Source: Candidatus Doudnabacteria bacterium (GTDB taxonomy: Bacteria > Patescibacteriota > Doudnabacteria > UBA920 > VMFF01). From it: DNA of 64,000 bases. Below the pieces are notes generated by a model. That model was not told the DNA's origin and searched no databases. It was given only the letters and a program-made list of their open reading frames with translations. This document shows, one piece after another, positions 19,765 through 30,697 of the stretch (positions within the stretch are counted from its first letter, which is position 1; the number at the start of each line of letters is the position of its first letter). The stretch lies in NCBI GenBank assembly GCA_028286905.1, contig JAQBQP010000001.1, forward strand, positions 15,114 through 79,113. The letters are read 5' to 3'. The position numbers and the translations under genes were made by a program.

Positions 19765-20306
19765 TAACGATAAATGTAAAAATTGGTCAAGATTGTCATT
19801 GTGGCATTGTTCGGTTGGAAATATAAAACGCTAAATGAAACTACTGGAGAAATAAAAGAACTGTTTTCCAAATACTTCATAAAAGTAACTTCGTTAGGAA
19901 AAGGCCCTTTTAAAACAATGGAGTACGGCACCTGAGATAATCCAGAAGCGCTTTGCACCGATTGCGCTTTGTCAGCAGTACCGCTAACAGTTAGGGTTTC
20001 AGTTAAGTTAGTTTTTTCAGCGTATTGCTCAATTTCTTTAATTTCATTAACTAAATGTAAGTCTGAGGTAAACAGATCGCTTGGCTTGATTGGCAGTGTA
20101 TTAACTTTAGTTAAATCGCCTTGAATGTTCTTAAGCGCTTGAACCTGCTCTTTTAAATCTGCTAGCTGGCTAATCTGATCTTGATGATTATTCTGCATGC
20201 TTATCAAACCTTTAGATAACCGCGGCATCACTAAAGTAAAGATTGCTCCGGTCAAAATAACCCAGATAAGCACTGTTAAGGTAATTTTTTTTGTTGGAGA
20301 CATCAT
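19764..20306 (-). CDS. pilO: PilO-like protein
   Basis: TM plus coiled coil, L.G.F.....F...LEN; position after pilN. Confidence 0.7.
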   Translation of the reverse strand: MMSPTKKITLTVLIWVILTGAIFTLVMPRLSKGLISMQNNHQDQISQLADLKEQVQALKNIQGDLTKVNTLPIKPSDLFTSDLHLVNEIKEIEQYAEKTNLTETLTVSGTADKAQSVQSASGLSQVPYSIVLKGPFPNEVTFMKYLENSSFISPVVSFSVLYFQPNNATMTILTNFYIYR

Positions 20307-20857
20307 AGTTTTAACGCTCCATCCGCTAAGTAGAAAGTAAAGTTAAACAGAACATTGCTGGACTTCTGAAGATTTTCCAAAGGCAAATTTATATTTTTAA
20401 ATAATGGCGAGCCGTCTATATTTGAACGTAGCTGCAATACCGCATCGCGAGTTAAACCAACGCCTAAAATATCAATCTTTCCAGATTTAGTGTTTGCGTT
20501 GAATGAAGTTATTACGACTTCTTTCGGTACAAGTTTTGAAAAGCCAATTAAAACTTTTGACCAGTTTGGATTATTTGCTGCAAAATTTATGTAGTCAGTA
20601 TTGGTATTGTTGGTTTTTTGAACTTCTTTGCGAATCGTGTCGTTGTCTTGACGGTCAATTAACGCTTGGTTCTTTTTAATATCAATATCGACGTTGTCTA
20701 AGGTGCTTTGCAAATAAAATCTCCAGCCAATTAAAACCACGATCACTATCGCATAGCTGACTACAGAGGCAATCAAAAACCTCAGCAAGCCGCCATAAAG
20801 CTTTTCTTGCTGCAACACCTTCTGTTCAGATGGGGGAAGTAAGTTAATTAATTTCAT
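20303..20857 (-). CDS. pilN: PilN-like protein
   Basis: INLLP motif, TM, WS..L. Confidence 0.85.
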   Translation of the reverse strand: MKLINLLPPSEQKVLQQEKLYGGLLRFLIASVVSYAIVIVVLIGWRFYLQSTLDNVDIDIKKNQALIDRQDNDTIRKEVQKTNNTNTDYINFAANNPNWSKVLIGFSKLVPKEVVITSFNANTKSGKIDILGVGLTRDAVLQLRSNIDGSPLFKNINLPLENLQKSSNVLFNFTFYLADGALKL

Positions 20858-21930
20858 TAGTTTACGATTTCTCCGGCATGCATTGCCAACCCAATAGCGG
20901 TGGTGTAACTTAACGAATCCTCGCGCGACAAAGGCGCGCTGACCTTATCTTGGGGATTAAAAACATTTATCCAAGGGTTGCCTAAGGTAATATCAATATG
21001 GTCTAGGTCAGCAAGCTGTTGGTACAAATAACTGGTTAAGTGCAAAAGCTTTGAGGTCCCACCGCACAAAACGATTTGGCTAATCTTTTCTGGATTGTGC
21101 TCATCATGGAATTTGATTATGTTTCTAATTTCCATGACAAGATTATCCACTACGCTAATCAATGCGGCTTTAACGCTCTGGTGTTCTTTCGTATCATCTA
21201 AACCAATCTCTCTTTTTATTGTTTCTGCTTCCTCATCAGTAACGCCCATCGCCCGAGCGATGCTTTGAGTAAAGGCATCCCCTGCGATTGGCACAGTAGA
21301 AGTAAATTGTAGGTTTCCCTTTTCCACCACTACCAAACTGCTACGCAAAGTATCCATGTCTAAAATTAGAACATTTTTAGCACGCATTTCTGCAGAAATT
21401 AAGGCGCGCGTACATGCCGCGGATTCAACCTCAAAAGAGACCGGACGGAAACCAACTGCCTTAAATATTCTCAAAAGAGTGTCAATATAATCTTTAGGCG
21501 CGGCCGTAACTAGCACATCTAATTTTTCATCGCGCTCGCCAATAATTTGCCAATCTAAATACGCCTGGTCCAGTGGAATTGGAATGTATTGCTCGGCTTC
21601 AAAAGGAACCGCGTTCACCGCCTGCTCCTCGCTCATTTTTGGAATCTGCAAAACTCGCACAAAGGCTTTTGATTCTGGTATCGATGCCACAATTTGGTTG
21701 CCGCGCAATTTGCCAAAATTAACATGCTGCAGCATCGCTTTAAGGTGGTTGGTCAGTAAGTCTTCATTTACAATATTATCATTAACAACAACCCCTTTGG
21801 GCAAAGGGTAATCGGAGTAAGCGACAATTTTGTAACTCTTCCCTTTTTTCTGCAGCTGCATTACCTTTATTGATAAATCGCTGAGGTCCAAGCCAAAAGG
21901 AATCTTTTTTTGTTTCCAAATATCAAACAT
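20857..21930 (-). CDS. pilM: Type IV pilus assembly protein PilM
   Basis: FGLDLSD.SIK, EAEQYIP, LCGG, AIGLA. Confidence 0.92.
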   Translation of the reverse strand: MFDIWKQKKIPFGLDLSDLSIKVMQLQKKGKSYKIVAYSDYPLPKGVVVNDNIVNEDLLTNHLKAMLQHVNFGKLRGNQIVASIPESKAFVRVLQIPKMSEEQAVNAVPFEAEQYIPIPLDQAYLDWQIIGERDEKLDVLVTAAPKDYIDTLLRIFKAVGFRPVSFEVESAACTRALISAEMRAKNVLILDMDTLRSSLVVVEKGNLQFTSTVPIAGDAFTQSIARAMGVTDEEAETIKREIGLDDTKEHQSVKAALISVVDNLVMEIRNIIKFHDEHNPEKISQIVLCGGTSKLLHLTSYLYQQLADLDHIDITLGNPWINVFNPQDKVSAPLSREDSLSYTTAIGLAMHAGEIVN

Positions 21931-21948
21931 ATAAATTTATTGTAGCAT

Positions 21949-23160
21949 TTATCCGCCAGCGGAAGAAGTTAAGTTATAAATTGGACTGATCAAAGCAATT
22001 GCTAAGACACCAACCACTCCCCCAATTACCAAAATCATTACCGGTTCGATAATTGAAGACATATTTTTCATAGTATCGTCTACTTCTGATTCATAATGCT
22101 CTGCCATTTCTCCAAGAATTGTTTCGACATTTCCGCTTTCTTCTCCGACCCCAATCATTTGAGTAACTAGATAATCAAACAAGTGCGGATATTTCAGCAA
22201 AGAAGCAGTAATGCTTTTACCAACCCGGACATCCACAGCAATTTGATGAATCGCATCTTGGTATTGGGTGTTGCCCATTGAATCGGCAGCAATGCTTAAA
22301 CTATCTAAAATTGGAGTACCGCTCTTAAGCATCGAGCTCATCGTTCTGGAGAACCTAGCCATATTAATTTTCTTAGCGATTTCGCCAAAGACCGGAGTGT
22401 ACAATAACACTTTATCAAAAGTGCGCTGCCCAACGTTGGTGCGCATTATCGAAATCCCTCCCCCAATCACACCGAATATTATTCCCAAAGCAATAAAAGT
22501 ATGGCCGGACATAAAATCTACAAAGGCAATTACCACCCTGGTCATTAAAGGCAGCTGCATGTTTGAATCTTTGAAAATACCAACCAAAGAAGGCAAAACG
22601 AAGATCGACATCAATACACCCACTAGCAAGATCGCAAACAGCACCACGCTTGGATAGATCATTGCGCCTTTGGTTTTGGACTTCAATTCGTGTTCGCGCT
22701 GCAGCTGAATACTTAGCTGTTCCAAGCTTTTATCCAAAGATCCAGAAAGCTCGCCCACTTTAAACATGCTGATAAAAATATTCTGAAAGATGTTTGGATA
22801 CTTGGCCAGGGCTTCGCCAACGCTCTTCCCCGATTCAACCTCATTATAAATAACGTTTAGGATCTCGCGCATCTTCGGATTCTTTGCCTGGTTTGAAAGA
22901 ATTTTAACTCCGCGGGTCAAAGGAATACCGGCTTTCAACATAATCGAAAGATTTTGCACAAAAAGAATTTTGTCTTGCAAGCTCACACTAGAAAACCGGC
23001 TCATCATTGATGAAGAAAACTTTGGCTTATTTTCATTCATCTCGGTGGGAATCAAACCCTTTTGATGCAAAACACCAACCGCCTCGTGATACGAGCCAGC
23101 TTCGATAGTGTCAGTTTCACTGCCACCGTCTTTATTTATCGCGGTGTATTTAAATTGCAT
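21949..23160 (-). CDS. pilC: Type IV pilus platform protein PilC (GspF family)
   Basis: GELSG.LD, AMIYP, GEESG, IIEP. Confidence 0.92.
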   Translation of the reverse strand: MQFKYTAINKDGGSETDTIEAGSYHEAVGVLHQKGLIPTEMNENKPKFSSSMMSRFSSVSLQDKILFVQNLSIMLKAGIPLTRGVKILSNQAKNPKMREILNVIYNEVESGKSVGEALAKYPNIFQNIFISMFKVGELSGSLDKSLEQLSIQLQREHELKSKTKGAMIYPSVVLFAILLVGVLMSIFVLPSLVGIFKDSNMQLPLMTRVVIAFVDFMSGHTFIALGIIFGVIGGGISIMRTNVGQRTFDKVLLYTPVFGEIAKKINMARFSRTMSSMLKSGTPILDSLSIAADSMGNTQYQDAIHQIAVDVRVGKSITASLLKYPHLFDYLVTQMIGVGEESGNVETILGEMAEHYESEVDDTMKNMSSIIEPVMILVIGGVVGVLAIALISPIYNLTSSAGG

Positions 23161-23173
23161 AACGAAGGATTTT

Positions 23174-24913
23174 TTATTCTCTAGAAACTCTTAATATTTC
23201 ATCGATCGTAGTTATACCTAAAGTCGCTTTAATAAATCCATCTTCCCACATTAAGATCATGCCCTGCTCTTCAGCTTTGTCTTGAATCGATTGAGTAGTC
23301 CCGCGGCTAACAATAAGCGCTTGTACTTCCGGACTTACTTCTAATACTTCGTGAATACCAACGCGCCCTCTATAACCAGTACGGGCACATTTAGAACAAC
23401 CGGCGCCTTTATAAAAAGTAAGTTCAGAAATTGATTTCATTTTGCTGGAAACAGCGCCTTCTTGAATCATAATTTTCATCAGCTTATCCAAGTTGAAAAT
23501 CGAAATGCTCTTTAGAGTTTCGGCATCAACCTTCATGCTTTGAATACAGTCAGGACAAATGATACGCACCAAACGTTGAGCGATAACCGCGTTCACTGTA
23601 GAAGCAATCAAATATGGCTCAATACCCATGTCCAACAAGCGCGGCAACGCACCGGCCGCGGAGTTAGTATGCAGCGTAGATAGCACGATGTGCCCGGTCA
23701 TCGCAGCGTGCACCGCTTCTTCCGCGGTTTCCTGGTCGCGGATTTCCCCAATCATAATAATGTTCGGGTCTTGGCGGAGCAAAGCACGCAGCCCCATCGC
23801 AAAGGTTAAGCCAATTTTCGGACTAACCTGCATTTGATTAACGCCAACCATTTTATACTCGACCGGATCTTCAATTGTAGAGATATTTACATTCTTATTA
23901 TTCAACATCGAAAGCACCGAATACAAAGTTGTCGATTTACCCGAACCGGTTGGTCCAGTAACCAGCAAAGCGCCATGCGGCTTTTTAATATTGTTTAGAA
24001 TTTTTCCTAAGTTGCTGCGCTGAAAACCAAGCTGCTCCAAAGTTAAAGCCTTGGCGCTTTCATCCAACAAACGCATAACTACTTTTTCCCCGTCAAAAAT
24101 TGGAATAGTAGAAACACGCAAGGAAACGGCATATTCATCTTTTTCAATTTTAAAACGACCGTCTTGCGGCAAGCGATGCTCGTCAATTTTTAAGTTTGCT
24201 AAAACTTTAACGCGAGCTACCAAAGCTCCCTGAATTACCTTCGGCAGAGTCATGACCTCGTGCAAAATACCGTCGATACGATAACGCACCATTACTTTAT
24301 CTTCTTCCGGTTCAATATGAATATCTGAAGCCTTTTCGAATACCGCATACTCCAAAAGCGTGTCGACAACGCGGATAATCGGGATCTGTTCGGCCATTTT
24401 CTTTAAGGCCTCGTTCAAATCCTGTTCGTTTTTGGCGCCGGTTACTCCCCCATCTTTCAAAAGATTAGTAAACTCTGTTTCAATGCTGCTGTGGTATTTA
24501 GACAAACCGAATTCAATGCTCTTTTTAGAAGCAATGAAGGTTTTTATGGTTAAACCAGTTTTCTTTTTAATGAATTCTTTAGTCTGTAAATCTTCCGGGT
24601 CATACATTGCTAGGCTTAAGTACTCTTTATCTTTTGCAAAAGCAATTATTAAATGCCTGCGGGCAATCGGTTCAGGAATGAGGTTTAAGACCTCGGTGGA
24701 AAATTCCACATTGCGCAATTCAATAATCTGCGCGTTCATTATCTGGCTTTTGAAGTTCAGGATTTGTTCTTCCGTAACAACGCTCTTTTCCAATAACAAA
24801 TCCTCCAAATCCACTTTCTGGCTTTGGGCTTCTCTCCTTAGCTGGTCCAACTGGTCTTTCTTTACCAGGTCTGTATCAACTAAGAATTTTTCTAGTACTT
24901 GAGAAGAAATCAT
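23174..24913 (-). CDS. pilB: Type IV pilus assembly ATPase PilB (GspE family)
   Basis: ASDIHIEP, LPQDGR, GPTGSGKST, LRQDP, TLHTN, Zn Cys pairs. Confidence 0.93.
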   Translation of the reverse strand: MISSQVLEKFLVDTDLVKKDQLDQLRREAQSQKVDLEDLLLEKSVVTEEQILNFKSQIMNAQIIELRNVEFSTEVLNLIPEPIARRHLIIAFAKDKEYLSLAMYDPEDLQTKEFIKKKTGLTIKTFIASKKSIEFGLSKYHSSIETEFTNLLKDGGVTGAKNEQDLNEALKKMAEQIPIIRVVDTLLEYAVFEKASDIHIEPEEDKVMVRYRIDGILHEVMTLPKVIQGALVARVKVLANLKIDEHRLPQDGRFKIEKDEYAVSLRVSTIPIFDGEKVVMRLLDESAKALTLEQLGFQRSNLGKILNNIKKPHGALLVTGPTGSGKSTTLYSVLSMLNNKNVNISTIEDPVEYKMVGVNQMQVSPKIGLTFAMGLRALLRQDPNIIMIGEIRDQETAEEAVHAAMTGHIVLSTLHTNSAAGALPRLLDMGIEPYLIASTVNAVIAQRLVRIICPDCIQSMKVDAETLKSISIFNLDKLMKIMIQEGAVSSKMKSISELTFYKGAGCSKCARTGYRGRVGIHEVLEVSPEVQALIVSRGTTQSIQDKAEEQGMILMWEDGFIKATLGITTIDEILRVSRE

Positions 24914-24994
24914 TTTTGTTTTAGTTTCAGAAAACTGCTATTTTTTAGCGAATTTATAAACTGATTATAGCATATTTTTGCCAAATTTCAAAAA

Positions 24995-25267
24995 TTATTT
25001 CTTGAGTTTTTTAAGTTTAGGACTTTCTTGGTATCCTACCTGGTCTTCTCGAATTTTTAAAGCATTCCGTTCTGCAAAAGTTGCTAATTTTTCGTCTAAA
25101 TAACTTTTTGTGACCACATGGGTCATTTGAGACTCCAATTTATTAAGCCTTCTTTCGATCTGTTCAAAGCGTAAATCCGCGCTTGCTGAGAAATTATTAA
25201 TTGATATTAGAATCTTATCTAACATTGCATACACTTTTTTGAACTCTTTCTTCGTTTCGATATTCAT
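24995..25267 (-). CDS. Small coiled-coil hypothetical protein
   Basis: RFEQIERRLNKLE heptads; GGAG SD. Confidence 0.6.
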   Translation of the reverse strand: MNIETKKEFKKVYAMLDKILISINNFSASADLRFEQIERRLNKLESQMTHVVTKSYLDEKLATFAERNALKIREDQVGYQESPKLKKLKK

Positions 25268-25438
25268 ACTACTCCACTTTAATTTTGTAGTACCACAATA
25301 ATAAAAGCTAATTATTGAGGGGTCAAATAACTTAATTTTTGCTTAATTTAACTGTTGGATATTATGTACAATTGCTATTAGGCAGCTTAAAGCATATGCT
25401 TATGACATAAGTAACAAAGAAATAACAAGGACACACAA

Positions 25439-25903
25439 ATGAAAAAAATGATAATCATGGGCTCACTAGTGCTTTTACTAGCAGCTGGCTGCAGCAAGAG
25501 CAATGACAACACAAATACATATTCATCGAGTGATAATACTAGCACACCGGTAGATACAAGTACTACAACACCACCAGTTACTCCTCCTCCGGTAGTTAAG
25601 GTCACGCCGCCAGCGCCTACAGCGGGATATACCCAAGCTTTGAAGACCTATGGCACCAACCGCATTGCGTTTGATGAATATTGTACTGCAAAGCCAAATG
25701 CAGTCGTATTCAAAAGCGGGACAAAAGTTATGATCGACAACCGTAGTAATGATCAACGAAAAATTACGGTTGGAACAATAGCTTTAAATGTAAAGCCGTT
25801 CGATTTCCAAATCGTAACAATTCCAACAGTTAAGGCAATAACAACGATTACTGGAGATTGCGCGGACTTACAAAATGTAGTTACAATTACAGTAAATAAA
25901 TAG
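25439..25903 (+). CDS. Lipoprotein, possibly cupredoxin-like fold
   Basis: Lipobox LAAGC, Thr/Pro linker; terminator at 25912-25950. Confidence 0.75.
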   Translation: MKKMIIMGSLVLLLAAGCSKSNDNTNTYSSSDNTSTPVDTSTTTPPVTPPPVVKVTPPAPTAGYTQALKTYGTNRIAFDEYCTAKPNAVVFKSGTKVMIDNRSNDQRKITVGTIALNVKPFDFQIVTIPTVKAITTITGDCADLQNVVTITVNK

Positions 25904-25961
25904 TTTAGTAAATAAAAAACACCCCGGCTATATCCGGAGTGTTTTTTATTTACTCTAATTC

Positions 25962-26966
25962 CTAACCGACAGTCTTATAAACCTGTTCCGAGATATGTTG
26001 AATTGTTGTTTTTAAATCATCTAGATTTTGGCCTTTAGTCATCACACATAATAGGTAAGCCTTTGGCCCATAAACTATTCCACAGTCATGAAGTTCTCGT
26101 TCTGTAGTTTGACCATTGGAGTCTAATGCTGCGTATTCACCAAATTTGTGAGCCACCACGGTACCTTGAGGCACACCTGCCACTATTCCCTCATTAAAAT
26201 CAGACTGCGTCATTAAACCTAAAGCTTGATCGGAAAAATCTTTAGTTAAGTAGGTAGAGTTGTATAGTATTCTAAAAAATAACGAATAATCTTTAACAGA
26301 AATAAAATCTCCTCCTGACAAATCTGTTGGCAATACTATACCTAAGTCCGAAAAAATTTCCGCAAAAGAGTTTTTATCGGTCGCTGCAAATAACGCATAA
26401 GTGGCGTTATTATCTGAATACTTAATCATGTAATCCAATAAACTCTTTACGTCATATTCTTTGCCCGGTTGAGCAAAAGCTGAGGGCTTAATGGATTCAT
26501 TAGCATTCTGATCAGGGCCCTCGTACTTTAGCTTTTTGGACATAATGTTTGGATCCTCTTCGGCGTCCTTCAAATAACCCATTAAAATAGGCACTTTAAA
26601 TAGACTTGCTGGAACGTACTTCTCATTCTCATTAACCCCCACCCAGTTTCCTTTATCTAAGCTACGGTAGTACACAGATGCTTGTGTAAGTTTCCCATTA
26701 CTTTTCTGAGTACTTATATAGCTACTTATCATGTCATGTAATGGCTTGTATTCAGCAATAGTTTTATTTTCGGGGACATCATAAGCCAATAAAGAGCTCA
26801 CATATTTATAGCTTGAGGTTTTATCCCTGATTGGCATAATTGCAGAAAACAGAGTTCTTTGAGCATTTATATCTGAATTATGCGCATAAGAATACCCACC
26901 TGTTATACCAATCACTAAAATAACTACCATTACCAATATTGTGCTTCTATCCTTGTAATTGATCAT
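25962..26966 (-). CDS. Class A beta-lactamase-like serine hydrolase (PBP-A type)
   Basis: SLFK, SDN, HKFG, HDCGIVY; N-terminal TM. Confidence 0.85.
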   Translation of the reverse strand: MINYKDRSTILVMVVILVIGITGGYSYAHNSDINAQRTLFSAIMPIRDKTSSYKYVSSLLAYDVPENKTIAEYKPLHDMISSYISTQKSNGKLTQASVYYRSLDKGNWVGVNENEKYVPASLFKVPILMGYLKDAEEDPNIMSKKLKYEGPDQNANESIKPSAFAQPGKEYDVKSLLDYMIKYSDNNATYALFAATDKNSFAEIFSDLGIVLPTDLSGGDFISVKDYSLFFRILYNSTYLTKDFSDQALGLMTQSDFNEGIVAGVPQGTVVAHKFGEYAALDSNGQTTERELHDCGIVYGPKAYLLCVMTKGQNLDDLKTTIQHISEQVYKTVG

Positions 26967-27076
26967 ACATTGATGATATTAGAAATTGGAAACCTAAGCA
27001 AATAAAAAAGACACCCTTTGTAGGGTGTCTTTTTGCTAATTTAAAGTTTTAGCAAACCCGGTTCAATAATCAGAGA

Positions 27077-30000
27077 TTATTGTTTGATTGAAAAGCTTCC
27101 TGTTGGGAAGTTGTAAACCAAAGCACCGCTACGAGCAGATAGTGTTCCACCACCAGCTACGTCAGTCCATAGGAAGTTTGTCTGATCAACAGATGTTGAT
27201 ACAGAAACTGTAGCACCAGCAACAACTGTTGCGTTTACTACGCCGTATAGGCTGAATACTTGTGATGTACTAGCAGTGATCAAGAATTCTGGGCTAAATA
27301 CACAATCAACACGAGTGGTTACACCGCTCGCAGTTGTTGCTGTACATGTAGTACCAGAGATTGTTGTTGTACCACTTGCAATGCGGGCAGAAGTGACAGC
27401 CGGACCAACCGACACACCAGAACCACCAACGTTAAAGCGGATTGTACCAACGGAGATGTTACCAGCTGCATCAGCAGTCACTGTAACTTCACCAATCTTG
27501 TTTTCTGCACCTAGAATCAAACCAGACTTTTGAGCTGTATCAACAGACAAAGTAGGTTTAGAACCAACTAGAGTCTGAGTAGGAGCTGCAACGTTTGGAG
27601 TGATAACTGTTGTTGTACCGCCAGCAACGTACTTAACGTAAGTTAAAGCAACGCTGTTAGTTGTAGCAGAAGCTACACCGGTAACACCAACTGGGCTGTA
27701 AGAAACAGTAACTGGAACATTTACACCACCGGAACCGTTAGGAACAGCAATGTTTAAACCAGTTATTGTTGCTACGCCACCTACTACTGGAGCTGTTACG
27801 CCACCAACTTTTACGTTAGTAACACCAGAACCAGTTACTGTGAATCTCAACTCATTGATATTAGCAGTTCCGCTAGTAGCCAAGAAGTTAAAGGAAGCCA
27901 CAGATGCATCAGTAACTCCACTTGCAGTACCGGCAGCAATATATTGTGCCTGTGTTGAAGCAGAAGCTACGATTGTAGGAGGGTTTGTTACAGTTGCTAC
28001 AGCTACAGTCATTGTTTGACCAGTAATAGGAAGAGATGTTGAAGTCTGATTACTATTTTGACCAATTGAAGTAACTGTTAGTGTAGTAATTTCTGTACCA
28101 GTTGTTGCAGATCCCAAGTCGCCAAAGATATCTACTGTACCGCTTGAGCTAACTGGGATTGTAACATTAGGAGAGAAAGAGTTTGAAGCTGTAGGTGAAC
28201 CAACCGTGTTACCAACTTGTGTGCCATTTACGAACACTTTCAAGTTTGTAAGATTAGTTAACGCTGCAGATCCAGAGATACCTACAGTCATAGATGTAAG
28301 ACGGATAGGTTCAGAATTGCTAGATTGCAATACGAATGAACCAAGTTTTACATTTTGATTGTTAGGTGAAACGTTTTGGCTTACGAAACCATTGCTTGCA
28401 GCAATAGTTAACGCAGCTGTACCAACAGTCAAACTGCTAGCTGCAGTTGCTGCAGGAACGTTGTATAGAGTTCCAGAGTAACGACCTTGCGCTGTGTTAG
28501 TAGTGCCAGTGATACTAGCAGTTACTGTACCAGCTGTGTAGTTTAAGTTGTTTGCAGTGATCAAATCAGCACGTACTTCAAGAGTTGAAGATTGACCGGC
28601 TGGGATAATCATTGACGAACCTAAGTTATACACCAAAGCTGTTGAACCGTTGAAATTCTGTGAAGAACCAACCTGGGCGCCATTTACGAACAATGTAACA
28701 TTGTTCAAAGTAGTGTCAGGGTGAGAGATTGTGTAAGCCAAACCTGATGCAGTTGTACCAGCGTAGGTAGCAGACAAAGTCAAAGATGTGTTAGAAGCGA
28801 TTGAAGAAATAGTGTAAGTTACACCACCAATAACAATCTTATCTAAAGCAACGTATGAGCTGAAGTTTGTACCTGTACCAGTTACTGTTGCGCTACCATT
28901 GGTAACAGCAACAGTACCTGTAGGAGCTGTAACTGGAGTTACCAATCCACCAGTGATGGAAGGAGCTAGGGTTAAGCTATTAACTTGCATATCTTCGCCA
29001 TAAGCTTGTACTTTGTAACGAGCAATTGGAGTGTTTGTAGCACCGCCAGTTACTGTTGTTACAACGCCGAAGCTTGGGTCAGAAGAAATTGTAAGAGAAC
29101 CATTACCGATAGTAATTGTACCACCGGAGTTTGCTGTAAATTGAGCACCACCAACGTTAGTTGGAGTGATGTTTACGTTAAACTGAGAATCAGTAACCAT
29201 CAAATCAGCTGCATTTTGCAAGGTGAATTGAACTGTGCGAGTTGCACCAGTTATGAAGTCAGCACGTACATCTAAAGTATGAGAACCAGTATTCATAGTA
29301 GCTGGGGTAGAACCCAAGTCAAATGAAACATAGCTAGAACCATTGATGGAAACTAAGCCAGATGCAGAAGCAACTTTGTTGCCATCTAGATATAGACCAT
29401 AGTTACCCAATGCGTTTGTAGGAGCTGATCCTACTTCACGTAGGGCAAGGCTCTTCAACCATACTACTCTAGTACCAACAGTGATAGGCGCAGACCATAC
29501 TGTCTGAGTTGTGCTACCAGCGTTAATAGAAGAGTTACCAATTGTATTTGTTCCTACTGTTACAGCTGCTGTTGAAGCACCTGAAACTGTAGAAATGTTA
29601 CCGCTTACTGGAACACCAGTAACAGCAAGAGTACCACTCATAGCAGATACCAATTGTACACCTACAGTTTGTCCGGAAATTCCAGAAACCTGAGATACAG
29701 AAGCAATATCAGCACGAACAGAAACGTTAGCTGAACCATTTACTGTAAACAAACCATTTGGGTTTGAGAAAGAAATGTTGCTACCTGTTGTTACAGAAGC
29801 AGCATCAGTTAATCTTGTGTTGCCTTGGTATAGGTATACGTTGTTCAAAGCTGAATCAGAAGAAACTCCGATTCTCTTCAAAGAAACTTGAGTAACAGCG
29901 CCGTTACCGTAGAAGGTAAAGTGACCTAAGTCAGCTGTTGCTTGTCCTGCTACCAAAGTGCTGCCAGCTGGCATATCTGAGCTTGCGCTTACAGATAATG

Positions 30001-30697
30001 AGCTACCAGTTACTGGAGGAATTGTTACACCACCCGCAGCGCCTGTTGGGTTCAATTGACCCATTACGCGCGCTTGCATGATACCAGAGCTCATAGGAAC
30101 TGCGATATCAGCAGCGTTTGCAGGAACTGCTTTTGCGAATGAGTAACCCCATGTGTTGAATACTGATTCAGATGGGATTCCCATTTTTCCACTTGAAGTG
30201 ATCAAGTAGATAGTACCACTTTGGTTAACCAAAGCGCCTGTTGGATGTTGTTGTGAAGAATTGGACAAGATTGTAGCAGAAGGCATGAATGATGTATCAC
30301 CAACCATGACGTTGCTCAATTTGTAACCAAGGCCGTTAAATACAGCCATTGATGTAATACCAGAACGTTGACCATTGTTGATCACGTAGATAGTACCCAT
30401 ATCATTGATAAGGGAACCGTCCATAGGAGGCACGAAGCTTCCTACTGGTAAAGCCAAATCTTCAGCAGATGCTGGCACTACTTGGCTCCATGAATTAAAT
30501 CCATAAGACAAGAACGCGCCACCTGAGGTGTAACCTCTGCGAACGCCGCTTGGATCGATGAAATAAACTGTTCCATTTACGGAAACGTTTGTTCCAACGG
30601 TGTGTACAGTAGCAGTTGCGAAAGACGCAAAGCTAGCAAGTACCAAAGCGGAGGAAGAAGCTACAGCAAAGGCTTTCTTTGCTAAAGTGTTAGACAT
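27077..30697 (-). CDS. Large S-layer-like / cell-surface protein
   Basis: Signal peptide, three N-terminal GT.Y.I...G repeats, tandem Thr/Ser/Gly/Val-rich beta domains, strong promoter and terminator. Confidence 0.75.
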   Translation of the reverse strand: MSNTLAKKAFAVASSSALVLASFASFATATVHTVGTNVSVNGTVYFIDPSGVRRGYTSGGAFLSYGFNSWSQVVPASAEDLALPVGSFVPPMDGSLINDMGTIYVINNGQRSGITSMAVFNGLGYKLSNVMVGDTSFMPSATILSNSSQQHPTGALVNQSGTIYLITSSGKMGIPSESVFNTWGYSFAKAVPANAADIAVPMSSGIMQARVMGQLNPTGAAGGVTIPPVTGSSLSVSASSDMPAGSTLVAGQATADLGHFTFYGNGAVTQVSLKRIGVSSDSALNNVYLYQGNTRLTDAASVTTGSNISFSNPNGLFTVNGSANVSVRADIASVSQVSGISGQTVGVQLVSAMSGTLAVTGVPVSGNISTVSGASTAAVTVGTNTIGNSSINAGSTTQTVWSAPITVGTRVVWLKSLALREVGSAPTNALGNYGLYLDGNKVASASGLVSINGSSYVSFDLGSTPATMNTGSHTLDVRADFITGATRTVQFTLQNAADLMVTDSQFNVNITPTNVGGAQFTANSGGTITIGNGSLTISSDPSFGVVTTVTGGATNTPIARYKVQAYGEDMQVNSLTLAPSITGGLVTPVTAPTGTVAVTNGSATVTGTGTNFSSYVALDKIVIGGVTYTISSIASNTSLTLSATYAGTTASGLAYTISHPDTTLNNVTLFVNGAQVGSSQNFNGSTALVYNLGSSMIIPAGQSSTLEVRADLITANNLNYTAGTVTASITGTTNTAQGRYSGTLYNVPAATAASSLTVGTAALTIAASNGFVSQNVSPNNQNVKLGSFVLQSSNSEPIRLTSMTVGISGSAALTNLTNLKVFVNGTQVGNTVGSPTASNSFSPNVTIPVSSSGTVDIFGDLGSATTGTEITTLTVTSIGQNSNQTSTSLPITGQTMTVAVATVTNPPTIVASASTQAQYIAAGTASGVTDASVASFNFLATSGTANINELRFTVTGSGVTNVKVGGVTAPVVGGVATITGLNIAVPNGSGGVNVPVTVSYSPVGVTGVASATTNSVALTYVKYVAGGTTTVITPNVAAPTQTLVGSKPTLSVDTAQKSGLILGAENKIGEVTVTADAAGNISVGTIRFNVGGSGVSVGPAVTSARIASGTTTISGTTCTATTASGVTTRVDCVFSPEFLITASTSQVFSLYGVVNATVVAGATVSVSTSVDQTNFLWTDVAGGGTLSARSGALVYNFPTGSFSIKQ

